Counted from the stretch's first letter, positions 1-9,551 are shown. The stretch is DNA of 64,000 bases from Bacillota bacterium (GCA_036782995.1 DAIPXZ010000001.1:1-64000); one strand, 5' to 3'. Numbers and translations: made by a program. The notes: generated by a model from the sequence alone, not told the origin.

Positions 1-899
1 TCGAGATCAACATAGATATGCTCGTTGACATTGAGTTTGGACAATAAGCATACTGTTTCGACATGTGTCTCTAAAGGTAGGGAATTTTTATCAACGCTAT
101 CTTTAGGGTTAATATCAACTGTATCATAGCGTTTACCCTCAATATTAAGTGGTATCTTGAACTGGATTCTACGAACCCAGCGACCATCTTTTTGCTTCTC
201 TGGGAACAAATCAACTCTTTCTATTATGCTATTCATAATCTCTTTTTCGACTTCATCCGACATATCATCAGCACCAATACTATCAAGGATACAATCCAAA
301 ATATCACTATAACTAGCAATAGATGCTTGCTTATTTTTCGCATTGTCAATCAGTATGGAGTTTTGTACAAGATTCTCATTTACAGCTTTAATATCAGCAT
401 ACTGTGTTTTCAAAACACTCTGCAAATCATCGTACAAATCGTCATATGCTTCATCATCAGCGTCCAATGCATTAATTTTTGATAATAATTTTTTCTTCTT
501 TGTTTCTAATTTTCGTAAATCATTTGTTAATCTGTCTTCTGTTTCCAGCAAGCCCGATAAATCAACACCTGAACCAACGCTCTTTAATACGTTTGCTCTA
601 AAGTCCGAATCCTTTAGAACCCACTTCACAATGGCTTCTACTTCTCTATCGACAATATCCTGTCTAATATGCTTTGAAAAGTTACACTCTGTACCTGTCT
701 GATTCTTACTATTCTTGCATAAATAATACCACATATCTGTGTAAAACTCACCACTACCATCTTTCTTCTCTTTGCGATTGACTACACCATACATACTACC
801 GCCACACCGCGGGCATTTCGTCAATCCAGATAAGATAGGGGGCACTAAATGCTCCTTGTGCTTTTTTCTTACATAAATTGTATTGGCATTAGGCTTCAT
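1..899 (-). pseudogene. 5'-truncated large serine recombinase remnant (zinc beta-ribbon + coiled-coil C-terminal part), runs off the window start
   Basis: Minus-strand translation from the ATG at 897-899 reads MKPNANTIYVRKKHKEHLVPPILSGLTKCPRCGGSMYG...YYLCKNS...TGTECNFSKHIRQDIV. A coiled-coil-rich region follows and stays open through position 1. This matches the recombinase zinc-ribbon and C-terminal modules of large serine recombinases. The N-terminal resolvase catalytic and recombinase domains are absent; an in-frame stop at 945-947 and the hydrolase gene lie immediately upstream. Confidence 0.5.
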
Positions 900-936
900 A
901 CATACGTTTGGAATCGCGGCAGTAGCAAATCTTTTC

Positions 937-1719
937 TTATTCGCCTACCAGCCAAGCTTTCACAATCTCGCCATCGCCGTCACCCATGAATGGGTGCTCG
1001 CTTGCCTCCGAAATCGTAAGCTGGCAACCGAATCGATTCGCAAATTCTGTAATCACCTCGCGAGACTGGAACGTATCTTTTCCACCATAAAGGATGGTAG
1101 TCGGGTGCGGCCATTTCGTGATGGGATGGGCAAGAACATACTGAAAATAGTCCCAGCGAAGCGCATCAATCGGCGTGTCAATTTCTTTTTCTTGACGGAG
1201 ACGCTCCTCGGTAACATCATTCCACATAAACATTTGCCGAATCATATACTCCATATCCACAATCGGCGACTGGAAAAAGCATTGCTCAAAAGCTCTGTCC
1301 GCATATGTATTCAGGCTGAAATAGGCACCAAGGCTACAAGCGTATAAGGACACATGCGTCCAACGCGCGAAGGCGAAATTGGCAATCACATCGAGATCTG
1401 TAATGCCATTCCACACGTCACAACGCCGCTCGTGGTCATCAGCGCGTTCGCCATGCTCCGGCAGGTCAAAGCTCAGCGTTTGATAACCCTTCTCTTCCAT
1501 TATCTCTGCGAAAAAAGCAGCATATTCTTTGCGTGACATTTTGCCATGCACATGGATAAATACCTTGTCGGACGGTGCGCCCCAGATTATGGCTGGAATT
1601 CCGGCAATCGCAATTTTTTCTTGTTTCATAAAAACACCATCTCTATTTTGATTGTTCAGCTGACACTCTGTCCCGGGGCTGTGATTCTTGATTTCAGCGT
1701 AGGGCAATGCTTTTTTCAT
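937..1719 (-). CDS. alpha/beta-fold hydrolase (esterase-like)
   Basis: 260-aa ORF with alpha/beta hydrolase architecture. It has a Ser nucleophile pentapeptide A-C-S-L-G and HG-type features, and an acidic/His C-terminal half. Its stop abuts the recombinase remnant. Confidence 0.7.
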   Translation of the reverse strand: MKKALPYAEIKNHSPGTECQLNNQNRDGVFMKQEKIAIAGIPAIIWGAPSDKVFIHVHGKMSRKEYAAFFAEIMEEKGYQTLSFDLPEHGERADDHERRCDVWNGITDLDVIANFAFARWTHVSLYACSLGAYFSLNTYADRAFEQCFFQSPIVDMEYMIRQMFMWNDVTEERLRQEKEIDTPIDALRWDYFQYVLAHPITKWPHPTTILYGGKDTFQSREVITEFANRFGCQLTISEASEHPFMGDGDGEIVKAWLVGE

Positions 1720-1889
1720 TATAGCACCATGCCGCCTCGACGCGATTATTCACACGAATCACAGTATAACAGCCGCACTTCTTCCCTGTTCTTTATTGCT
1801 TTTTCTTTGCAAAGCACCGCTTCGACTGATGCTATCTCTCAATTTCTGGGGTAAAATAGTAGCGTATTGATTTTGGGAGGTACTTAACT

Positions 1890-2327
1890 ATGAAAATGGA
1901 AGCATTAAAAAGTGAAATGATTACCGCAATGAAGGCTCATGATAAAGAACGAAAAGAATCGATTTCTTGCTTGATTGCTGCGATTAAGAAGGTCGCCATC
2001 GACGAAGGTCTTCGCGACGATATTCCGGAAGAAATGGTAGATACTGTCCTTCTTAAGGAAGTAAAACGCATGAAGGAGCAAGTAGATAGCTGCCCGGATG
2101 CGAGAACAGATTTGAAAGCGGAATATGAGGCGCGATACAAGATTTTCCTCGAGTTCGTTCCAAAGATGATGTCGCAAGATGAAATCGAGGCCTATTTAAA
2201 GGAAAACTTTGCCGAGGTAGTTGCTTCTAAAAACAAGGGTAACATCATGAAAAGTGTCATGGGCGCTTTGAAGGGCAAGGCGGACGGTAAGGACATTAAT
2301 GCTGTCGTTGCGAAGCTTTGCCAATAA
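1890..2327 (+). CDS. GatB/YqeY domain protein
   Basis: 145-aa ORF preceded by a GGGAGG RBS at 1874-1879. The whole sequence (MKMEALKSEMITAMKAHDKERKESISCLIAAIKK...KGNIMKSVMGALKGKADGKDINAVVAKLCQ) is typical of YqeY-like proteins. Confidence 0.8.
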   Translation: MKMEALKSEMITAMKAHDKERKESISCLIAAIKKVAIDEGLRDDIPEEMVDTVLLKEVKRMKEQVDSCPDARTDLKAEYEARYKIFLEFVPKMMSQDEIEAYLKENFAEVVASKNKGNIMKSVMGALKGKADGKDINAVVAKLCQ

Positions 2328-2422
2328 AAACAGTCTTTTTAAGGCGGTAAAATAGTCGAGCTCTCGCATATTTTGCCAATAAGGTCGGATACTTCGATTT
2401 CGATGGAGAGAAAGTAAATGAT

Positions 2423-3241
2423 ATGAAAAACATCATTGCCATGAATTGCATTTGCGCCGATATCTTTGTCGCGAGCGGAGAAATCCGTCCAGGCGGCGAA
2501 GCCTTGAATTTCGCGGCAAATGCCTGCCATTACCCGCATCTACATGTCGGTGTCATCAGCGCCATCGGCGACGATGACTGTGGCAAGACCATTCTCGAAT
2601 CGATGGAACACCTGCCCATTGACCGCGCAGGATTACATGTTTTCGAAGGCAAAACCACTGCGAGCAACCGCACCTATCTTACAAAAACCGGCGACCGCTA
2701 TTATCTTCCCGACTCTTGGAATGGCGGTGTTTATCAGTCCTACGCACTCTCTGACGAGGATTACGCACTTATGGCAAATGCCCATATTGTCCACGTCAAC
2801 CACCGTTCTCCGGTGCTTGAGGATATTCTTCGCGAAAAATCCCGTAGTCACTTTGGCTTATCTATCGATTGCAATACGGATCGTAATGTAACCAAGCTCT
2901 CTCGACTCGCCTCGATGGCAGATTATTTCTTCATCAGTGCCGATGACGAGTTTTTGCAAACCTTACGTAGCTGGTCTCTTCAGTATTCGGGTATTTTTGT
3001 CGGAACGCTTGCCGAGCGCGGCAGTATTGCATATAAAAATGGGCTCGTATACCGAGCCGCGGCGATTCCGGCAGAAACGATAGTGGATACAACCGGTTGC
3101 GGTGACTCCTATCAAGCAGGCTTCATCGGCGCCTACACTCGCCCGTCGTCAGAAGGCGGCGGAGATATCCTTGAGGCGATGAAAGAAGGTTCGCGAGTTG
3201 CATCGCAAACCCTGACACACTTTGGTGGTTTCAGCTGGTAA
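2423..3241 (+). CDS. PfkB-family carbohydrate kinase (ribokinase superfamily)
   Basis: 272 aa with the PfkB C-terminal signature DTTGCGDSYQAGF, an N-terminal GG-type sugar-binding region, and an upstream GGAGAG RBS. Confidence 0.8.
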   Translation: MKNIIAMNCICADIFVASGEIRPGGEALNFAANACHYPHLHVGVISAIGDDDCGKTILESMEHLPIDRAGLHVFEGKTTASNRTYLTKTGDRYYLPDSWNGGVYQSYALSDEDYALMANAHIVHVNHRSPVLEDILREKSRSHFGLSIDCNTDRNVTKLSRLASMADYFFISADDEFLQTLRSWSLQYSGIFVGTLAERGSIAYKNGLVYRAAAIPAETIVDTTGCGDSYQAGFIGAYTRPSSEGGGDILEAMKEGSRVASQTLTHFGGFSW

Positions 3242-3284
3242 TGTTTGGCAGATCAAGAACTGCAATCTGCAATCCATATGTATA

Positions 3285-3479
3285 TTAGATTTCCTGTGCC
3301 TCAAACCCTATATCTGCGAGTTCTTCAATGGCGGCCGACGCTTGTGCGGCACTTCCATTAATCGTGACCGTCGATTGCTCCAATGAGACAACATAATCCA
3401 GCCCCATGTCTGACAGACAATTCGACACTCTTTCCACGCATTTTTCACAAGTCATATTGGCTATCTTTAAATGTTTCAT
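3285..3479 (-). CDS. copZ: heavy-metal-associated (HMA) domain copper chaperone, CopZ-like
   Basis: 64 aa with an MTCEKC (MxCxxC) metal-binding motif and a ferredoxin-like fold pattern. Confidence 0.8.
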   Translation of the reverse strand: MKHLKIANMTCEKCVERVSNCLSDMGLDYVVSLEQSTVTINGSAAQASAAIEELADIGFEAQEI

Positions 3480-3552
3480 ATTGCCACCCCTTTAACAAAA
3501 TACCGCGAATTCGCAAATTATTCAATGCGATTGCGTTACTTATCAAACAGCA

Positions 3553-3596
3553 AACGGCGAGTAAGGTCTTCTCACCCGCCGTTTCTGCTGTTCTTC
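3553..3596. terminator. bidirectional intrinsic terminator candidate between the surface-protein fragment and copZ
   Basis: Hairpin with left arm aacggcgag and right arm ctcacccgccgtt (one bulge). T-rich tracts follow on both strands: tctgctgttctt on plus, tgctgtttga on minus. Confidence 0.4.
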
Positions 3597-3597
3597 G

Positions 3598-4182
3598 TTA
3601 ATTGTTTGTATACTTACTTTTTCTGCTCACTACAAGCAAAACAGCAGCACAGGTCAGCACCGAAATTGCAAGCCATGGGATGATGTTACTACTATCGCCC
3701 GTGGCAGGAATGTCCGCAGCAGCTGCTGTAACTTCAGCTGCCGTTATTGTAAATGGTGTATCAACGAAACCATCCGTGTAAAGAATGCGCAAAGTATGCG
3801 TCCCTACTGCGAGTGTATTAAGATAATCTGCATGAAGTGTAATGCTCGTGCTTCCCTCTACCTCTGTTTTGTCGAATTTATCTGCAGCAACAGCGACACC
3901 ATCAAGCATTATGCCCGTGAACTTGCTAAGCTCACCATTTACTTTAATAACCCAAGTGGTGTCTGTGTTCATCTGATGTTTGCCGTATGCACCTGCGAGA
4001 AGTAAGTAGCAATAATCCGAAAGTGTAACATCAGCATCTGTAATGTTGCTAGATGCCAAAGTGACTAAGCCGATTCCCGTATTATAGGACTCAGAGGAAA
4101 CATAGATGGTGTATTCGCCGGATTCTGTATCAAATGATGCAGGGAAGGAATAAACACCATTTGCATTCGTTTTTGTAGTCAT
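3598..4182 (-). CDS. C-terminal fragment of a sortase-anchored surface protein (IPATG sorting signal + TM + RKSK tail), no signal peptide
   Basis: The 194-aa ORF ends ...IPATGDSSNIIPWLAISVLTCAAVLLVVSRKSKYTNN. This is an LPXTG-like motif (IPATG) followed by a hydrophobic helix and a basic tail. The N-terminus (MTTKTNANGVYSF...) looks like the interior of a Cna-B/CarboxypepD_reg-type beta-sandwich. It has no secretion signal, and there is no RBS near the ATG. Confidence 0.5.
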   Translation of the reverse strand: MTTKTNANGVYSFPASFDTESGEYTIYVSSESYNTGIGLVTLASSNITDADVTLSDYCYLLLAGAYGKHQMNTDTTWVIKVNGELSKFTGIMLDGVAVAADKFDKTEVEGSTSITLHADYLNTLAVGTHTLRILYTDGFVDTPFTITAAEVTAAAADIPATGDSSNIIPWLAISVLTCAAVLLVVSRKSKYTNN

Positions 4183-4343
4183 CGCATCAATATCGATTAC
4201 ATCCAGGGCTTCCTTTACGCACGACCCATGCCGATTGAAGCTTTTGTGCTTTTCTTGAAGGAGAAGATGTAGTCCCTGGCATGAACGGCATCGCGTAAAG
4301 TGCAGTAACAGATACTCATATTGTTAATGCTATTATGACCATG

Positions 4344-4383
4344 AAAAACCCTATTCGACGCCAAATCGAATAGGGCTTTTGTT
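4344..4383 (-). terminator. Rho-independent terminator (bidirectional-capable) downstream of the eutH/small-ORF transcript
   Basis: Perfect 10-bp stem ccctattcga/tcgaataggg (4349-4358 and 4366-4375) with a 7-nt loop. It is flanked by aaaaa on the upstream side and cttttgtt on the downstream side. Confidence 0.55.
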
Positions 4384-4440
4384 ACTATGTGATGTAATAA
4401 AATTGCACTTCGCGATAGTTTTGCTGTCCACTGATGGTTA

Positions 4441-4608
4441 TCAAGATTTCTCCGGTTTCTGTTCCGCACTCTTGGCTTTCGTTTCAGATTCATCCGACTT
4501 TTTTTGAATGGCTTTGATTTTAGGTAAGATTTTCGGCGCGATAATCATCGCAGCAGCCACAGCAAAGATTCCAGCGACCAATTTTGCCACGATTACCGGA
4601 AAGACCAT
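4441..4608 (-). CDS. small (55 aa) single-pass membrane protein, hypothetical
   Basis: Unlisted ORF MVFPVIVAKLVAGIFAVAAAMIIAPKILPKIKAIQKKSDESETKAKSAEQKPEKS. It starts 4 nt after the eutH-like stop (..TAGgaaATG) and has one TM helix plus a charged tail. Codon usage is consistent with its neighbours. Confidence 0.3.
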   Translation of the reverse strand: MVFPVIVAKLVAGIFAVAAAMIIAPKILPKIKAIQKKSDESETKAKSAEQKPEKS

Positions 4609-4611
4609 TTC

Positions 4612-5721
4612 CTAACTGGTTCTGGCGACAAAGCCAAGGTGGTCTCCGAAAACAAAAGCTGCGGATACACCAAATGCGATACTGAGCAATTTACCTTTGT
4701 CAGACATTGATTTCACCATACTGAACATCGGAACGGAATTGGCTAAATTGGCTATCATTCCCGAGCAAGCGACATCGTCTACGCCAAGCTTTTTACCGGC
4801 TTTATTCAGAGGCTTCTTGAATGCCTTTGTTATCCATTTTGCCATTGGATAAGCACCCATCAAGATAATACCGATTTGACCACAAACCAATAAAGCCTCA
4901 TCCAAATTCGTCATTCCTGTACTCTCGTTGACGGTAGACATAACACCAAAAACAGGCAAGAATATTCCGGTTATCTGCTGAACCACCGCAATTGCGGTCA
5001 ACATTGTGCCGACAATGCAGACGCCGGTACCAAAAATGTTGAAGCCTTTTATCATTGCTGTTGGTATGAACCATAACCCAAGACAGAGCAAGGCAGCAAA
5101 GATTATTACCGGGATAAGATTAATCAATATTGTGACAAAACTAATCGTATACAAAGTGATATTCATGAGTAAGCCGCCTGCGATACAGCCGAAAGGAACA
5201 CCTACCAGGCCTGCCAAAACACCGGCTGCCAGATATGGCCTGTCCTTTTTCTCGAGAATGCCCAATGCGACAGGAATTGTAAAAGTGATTGTTTGCCCCA
5301 TAACCGTTCCGAGAATCAAGCCCGAAAACATGGTCATCGTTTCATTTTTCGCCATACTTTGCGCCAAAGCATATCCACCCATATCACTGGATAAAAGAGT
5401 CGTCGCAAACATGGAGGGATCGGCACCAACAAGTGTGAAAATCGGAGTAATTATTGGCCCTAACAGCATGGAAAAAATAGGTGCGGCGGCGTATATACCA
5501 ATAAGTGCAAGACCAATCGGCCCAATGGCATTAAATCCATTATCAAATTCTTGACCGTAGCCTCTCTTGTTTCCTCGTATTTTATCGATTGCACCGATAA
5601 GCAAGAAAACCATCATTATCAGCATAATAATGGAGTTGATTGAGATGTTTTCACCAAACAGCTTCAGAGAATCAATAAAATTGTTGTTTTTTATCGTGCC
5701 AACCAGTTCACTAAAATCCAT
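4612..5721 (-). CDS. EutH-family permease (ethanolamine-utilisation-protein-H-like transporter)
   Basis: Polytopic membrane protein matching EutH throughout: ...GPIGLALIGIYAAAPIFSMLLGPIITPIF...GADPSMFATTLLSSDMGGYALA... The likely start is MDFSELVG at 5721, preceded by an AGGAGTG RBS; the ORF track's longer N-terminal extension lacks an RBS. No other eut genes are nearby. Confidence 0.7.
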   Translation of the reverse strand: MDFSELVGTIKNNNFIDSLKLFGENISINSIIMLIMMVFLLIGAIDKIRGNKRGYGQEFDNGFNAIGPIGLALIGIYAAAPIFSMLLGPIITPIFTLVGADPSMFATTLLSSDMGGYALAQSMAKNETMTMFSGLILGTVMGQTITFTIPVALGILEKKDRPYLAAGVLAGLVGVPFGCIAGGLLMNITLYTISFVTILINLIPVIIFAALLCLGLWFIPTAMIKGFNIFGTGVCIVGTMLTAIAVVQQITGIFLPVFGVMSTVNESTGMTNLDEALLVCGQIGIILMGAYPMAKWITKAFKKPLNKAGKKLGVDDVACSGMIANLANSVPMFSMVKSMSDKGKLLSIAFGVSAAFVFGDHLGFVARTS

Positions 5722-6051
5722 CTTGTCACTCCTATAATGCATATATTGTGCTGTAAATCTGTTATACAGATATTTATTCATTGAATAGTGAGTTTATGTA
5801 ATGAATGATTCTGATTGTTGCAGGAGTTGCACCGAGTTTGCACACAGACAGCTTTCGTCTGTTGATGCATGTAGAAAAATACGACCTTCAATGGTTAATG
5901 AATACGGAAAATATCGCGAGCTACTTTTCGTGCTCGGCATTGAATTTGTTAAGTACTTTTAATATATCATAATATAAATTATTCTACAAGGAATTTACTT
6001 TTGCGTTCTTCGCATTACTTCTCATTTGCTAAAAGAATTCTTCAACGCAAA

Positions 6052-8217
6052 TTAACTGTGCGACACATAGCCACCATACACATCATCCATGCTCACGGGC
6101 TCTCCCGTTTTGAGCAAATCCAGTAGCCATTGGCCGTCATCGCCTTCACTTAGAAGGAATCCGTAATAGGCAATATAGGGTGCGCGATAAATCAGATATT
6201 GTCCACAAGTGCCGACAAGCTCAAATGGCTCGGCAATGTAGGTCGGAATCGTTGCGTATGCGTCTTCGGTCGTAATCATTACGACTTCGCCTTGATAATC
6301 TGATGCATTGTAGTATCGTAAGGTGTCGCCCCATAGGGGAGCACCGGCAAAGCCATCATTTACCGTCCGATATGTACGAGTTTCGTCAATCACGCGCAAG
6401 TTGCGAGCAAGCACGAGGTTTTCATCACCGACCACATAGACCATCGGGGTATCATATTGGTCAACGATGTCAGCAAGAATCTCCAGCTCCTCTACGTTGG
6501 TGTGATTGCGGCAGAGAGAATAATAGGAAATGCCGTTCGAACAAATGATACCGAGTATGACGCACAATATGATGGTTTTAGAGAAGAGGCGGTCTTTCGG
6601 CAAGTCTTCGATGTATTGTCCGACAAGCAGGAGCATGCCCATGAAGATAAAAATCACGTAACGCGTCTCGAACACTTCCGACCCATATGTTGTATACGAA
6701 AAAAGTAAGATCGCTATATTGGAGAGAATGAGAATAATCATGGAAAAGAGTGGCGTATCGACATCTTCTGCTTTAAGGTGTTTCTTTGTCGCGATGATGC
6801 TTGCAACGAGAATGAATAGACCGACGGCAAAGAAAACACAATATGCGATTCCTTTCAGTGAAATAATCGATATGTCCGTAGTACTTGGGAACATGGATGT
6901 GATGTCAAAGTATCCGAATAGCAGACCTTTAGCATTGCTTACGACTTCGGTTTTGGCTATCCATGCGATACTGGTATCGCGACTTTCGACGTGAAAAAAG
7001 CGAGCGGCTATGACTTTGCCTACTACTATCATGATACCCGTAATGGCAATGAACCATGTTTCGCGACAGAATACGGATTTGATATCATTTTTAACGAATG
7101 CACGTATTACGATATAGAGTGCAAATGGCGCGACAGTCATGATGAGCATAAATAATCCCGTGGAAAGGCCTGTCAGAAACGAAAGAACAAGACAAATAGC
7201 TGCCCATGGGAGTATTTCACGCATTTTTGCTTTGCGCGCCAGACGGGTCACGACTAAGGCGAATGCCAAAAGGAGTATGACACGATAGCTGTACGAGGCC
7301 ATGAATCCATATACCATGGCAAAATAATTCAATGCATTGTTGGTGTCGAAGGTCGTAAAATAAGGCGTTATGATGAGCGCGATTGTAAGAAGACGTGAAG
7401 ATAGCTGCCACTTCATTTCGCGTGTGAGTCCGGCAACGGCGGCAACAATAATTCCGGTCGTTAAAATGTTGCATAGACCATATGCCGTGAATACGTCACC
7501 AATCGCTCCATAGACGAGCCATGCCATAACGACAGAAGAATCCATTCCGAGGCCGGTCTGATAGGACCAATCATTCGGGAAAAGAGTCTTTTGGTTCCAT
7601 AATTCCTTAACAAAGAGATAGCATGACGATGCATCGAAGCCCAAATGGTTTCGAAGCATGGTGAGATTTACGAATACAATGAGAGCGAGTTCGATTCCGA
7701 CGACGCATAGGAGTACGATGTCGATTGGTTTTAGCTTTTGACGCAGGGTTTGTTCTGCGGCTGTCGTCGCGTTTTCTTTGCGCTTAAATGCCCAGAATTT
7801 ATTGAGCAAGAAGTTCATCGGGATGGTAATCACGAGGTTAATCAACGGCGCAATAAGGTCGGAGATATGGAGACATTCGACCCACACGAACAAAAGCACT
7901 GTGCTGAGAATGAATGTGAAGCCATAGGACGTAAATGATTTGGCATACGCCGTGATGTGTTCTTTGAAGGTTTTCTTTTGGCCGTCTGAAAAGATGAATC
8001 GGCTGTTCCAAATATAGGCATTGGTGACGCTAATCACAAAGCCTAAGATATTGCCGATTTGGTAATGCCAGCCGAATGCGAGGACGCATAAATAGTAGAT
8101 GCCTTGTGAAATCAACGTATTCGAAACACCAACCAAACCGAACTTGATGAATTGCATCAAGGGCTTGATCTTTGGGTGGTTCATAATTTGCGATAACCAG
8201 TTTGTCATTTTACTCAT
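6052..8217 (-). CDS. GtrA-like flippase module fused to a large multi-TM (GT-C-like) glycosyltransferase with a C-terminal extracytoplasmic domain
   Basis: The N-terminal ~150 aa is a GtrA-family 4-TM module (FIKFGLVGVSNTLISQGIYYLCV...NKFWAFKR). About 12 further TM helices and a ~170-aa soluble C-terminal domain follow. The start overlaps the ddhC stop (ATGA), indicating translational coupling. Confidence 0.7.
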   Translation of the reverse strand: MSKMTNWLSQIMNHPKIKPLMQFIKFGLVGVSNTLISQGIYYLCVLAFGWHYQIGNILGFVISVTNAYIWNSRFIFSDGQKKTFKEHITAYAKSFTSYGFTFILSTVLLFVWVECLHISDLIAPLINLVITIPMNFLLNKFWAFKRKENATTAAEQTLRQKLKPIDIVLLCVVGIELALIVFVNLTMLRNHLGFDASSCYLFVKELWNQKTLFPNDWSYQTGLGMDSSVVMAWLVYGAIGDVFTAYGLCNILTTGIIVAAVAGLTREMKWQLSSRLLTIALIITPYFTTFDTNNALNYFAMVYGFMASYSYRVILLLAFALVVTRLARKAKMREILPWAAICLVLSFLTGLSTGLFMLIMTVAPFALYIVIRAFVKNDIKSVFCRETWFIAITGIMIVVGKVIAARFFHVESRDTSIAWIAKTEVVSNAKGLLFGYFDITSMFPSTTDISIISLKGIAYCVFFAVGLFILVASIIATKKHLKAEDVDTPLFSMIILILSNIAILLFSYTTYGSEVFETRYVIFIFMGMLLLVGQYIEDLPKDRLFSKTIILCVILGIICSNGISYYSLCRNHTNVEELEILADIVDQYDTPMVYVVGDENLVLARNLRVIDETRTYRTVNDGFAGAPLWGDTLRYYNASDYQGEVVMITTEDAYATIPTYIAEPFELVGTCGQYLIYRAPYIAYYGFLLSEGDDGQWLLDLLKTGEPVSMDDVYGGYVSHS

Positions 8218-9551
8218 GAAATGGCCTCAATAATGGTTTGCGCCATGTAATCAATCATGGCGTCCGTCATGCCCGGATAGACTCCGACCCAGAAGGTGTC
8301 ATTCATGATTTGGTCAGTGACAGAAAGGTCGCCGACGACGCGATAGCCTTCGCCGCTCTTTCTCATCTCGTCAAAGCAAGGGTGACGGGTGAGGTTGCCG
8401 GCAAACAGCATTCTTGTCTGTACGCCCTTCTTTTCTACGTATTGGACGACTTCATTTCTCGAAACGCCCGGTTTGCAAGTAATCAGGAATCCGAACCAGC
8501 TCGGGTCGGCGTTTTCAGCAGCAACCGGCAGAATGAGCTTATCTTCGTAAGGAAGGAGCGCCGCCTTTAGGCGTTTGAAGTTCTCTTTTCTCTTCTCGAC
8601 AAAGGTCGGGAATTTCTGAAGCTGTGCGCATCCGATTGCCGCCTGCATATCAGTGGCTTTGAGGTTATATCCAAAATGAGAATAGACATACTTGTGGTCG
8701 TAACCAAGCGGCAGCTCACCGTATTGCTTGTCAAAGCGATGGCCGCAAAGATTATCCATACCAGACGGGCATACGCAATCACGGCCCCAGTCACGCATGG
8801 AGCGGGCAATCTTATTGAGAAGCGGATCATTAGTGTATACGGCACCGCCCTCACCCATAGTCATGTGATGCGGCGGGTAGAAGCTCGATGTGCCGATATC
8901 ACCGATGGTTCCTGTGAAATATTCTTTTCCGTCGAGCGTGTACTTAGAGCCTAAGGCGTCGCAGTTGTCTTCGACGAGGAAGAGGTTATGCTTTACACAG
9001 AAAGCCTTGACGGAAGCAAGGTCAAACGGATTGCCGAGTGTGTGAGCAATCATGACGGCCTTTGTTTTCGGAGAAAGGGCCTTCTCGAGCATTTCAACAT
9101 CGATATTATATTGCGGAATGGTAAGGTCAACGAATACCGGAATTGCACCATATTGAATCATTGGTGTAACGGTTGTCGGGAAGCCGGCAGCCACTGTGAT
9201 TACTTCGTCACCGCGCTTTACAGCACGTTCGCCGAGAAGCGGCGAGGTCAAGGTCATGAATGCAATAAGGTTCGCAGAGGAACCGGAATTTACCAGCGAG
9301 CAGTACTTGATGCCAAGATAGTTGGCGAGTTTCTTTTCAAATTCATCGGTATAGCGACCGGATGTGAGCCAGAATTCGAGCGAAGAATCGACAAGATTGA
9401 GCATTTCGTCGCTGTTATATACTCGGGAAGCATACGGAATGCGGTTCCCCGGAGTAAAGGGCGGTTTTTGATTGTGATAAGTATCACAGTACTCCTTCAC
9501 CATCTCGAGAATGGATTCTTTTGCTTGTTGTTCTGACATGTTTTCAAACAT
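8214..9551 (-). CDS. ddhC: CDP-6-deoxy-D-xylo-4-hexulose-3-dehydrase (E1; RfbH/DdhC), PMP-dependent with Fe-S motif
   Basis: 445-aa DegT-fold protein in which the aminotransferase Lys is replaced by His (SFYPPHHMTMGEGG). This substitution is diagnostic of E1 dehydrases. It also has the Cys cluster DWGRDCVCPSGMDNLCGH. A GGAGGAG RBS lies 7 nt upstream of the ATG. Confidence 0.9.
   Translation of the reverse strand: MFENMSEQQAKESILEMVKEYCDTYHNQKPPFTPGNRIPYASRVYNSDEMLNLVDSSLEFWLTSGRYTDEFEKKLANYLGIKYCSLVNSGSSANLIAFMTLTSPLLGERAVKRGDEVITVAAGFPTTVTPMIQYGAIPVFVDLTIPQYNIDVEMLEKALSPKTKAVMIAHTLGNPFDLASVKAFCVKHNLFLVEDNCDALGSKYTLDGKEYFTGTIGDIGTSSFYPPHHMTMGEGGAVYTNDPLLNKIARSMRDWGRDCVCPSGMDNLCGHRFDKQYGELPLGYDHKYVYSHFGYNLKATDMQAAIGCAQLQKFPTFVEKRKENFKRLKAALLPYEDKLILPVAAENADPSWFGFLITCKPGVSRNEVVQYVEKKGVQTRMLFAGNLTRHPCFDEMRKSGEGYRVVGDLSVTDQIMNDTFWVGVYPGMTDAMIDYMAQTIIEAIS

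Noticed and set aside
192-702. Plus-strand ORFs (96 and 119 aa) at the window start
   Set aside because: They are antisense to the clearly coding recombinase remnant and have AT-rich, low-complexity translations (FNISILCF..., FFFFVSNF...). No RBS is present.
4215-4493. 92-aa minus-strand ORF between the surface-protein fragment and eutH
   Set aside because: It is Arg/Asn-rich with a non-protein-like composition. It spans the strong intrinsic terminator hairpin at 4349-4375 and lacks an RBS.
5006-5554. 182-aa plus-strand ORF
   Set aside because: It is entirely antisense to the conserved EutH-family permease. Complementing a hydrophobic membrane-protein gene routinely yields long open frames.
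4612-5781. Interpretation of the EutH homolog as evidence for an ethanolamine-utilisation microcompartment locus
   Set aside because: No eutBC, shell-protein (BMC) or eutR/eutVW genes are present in the window. The gene is monocistronic (plus a micro-ORF), so it is treated as an orphan permease.
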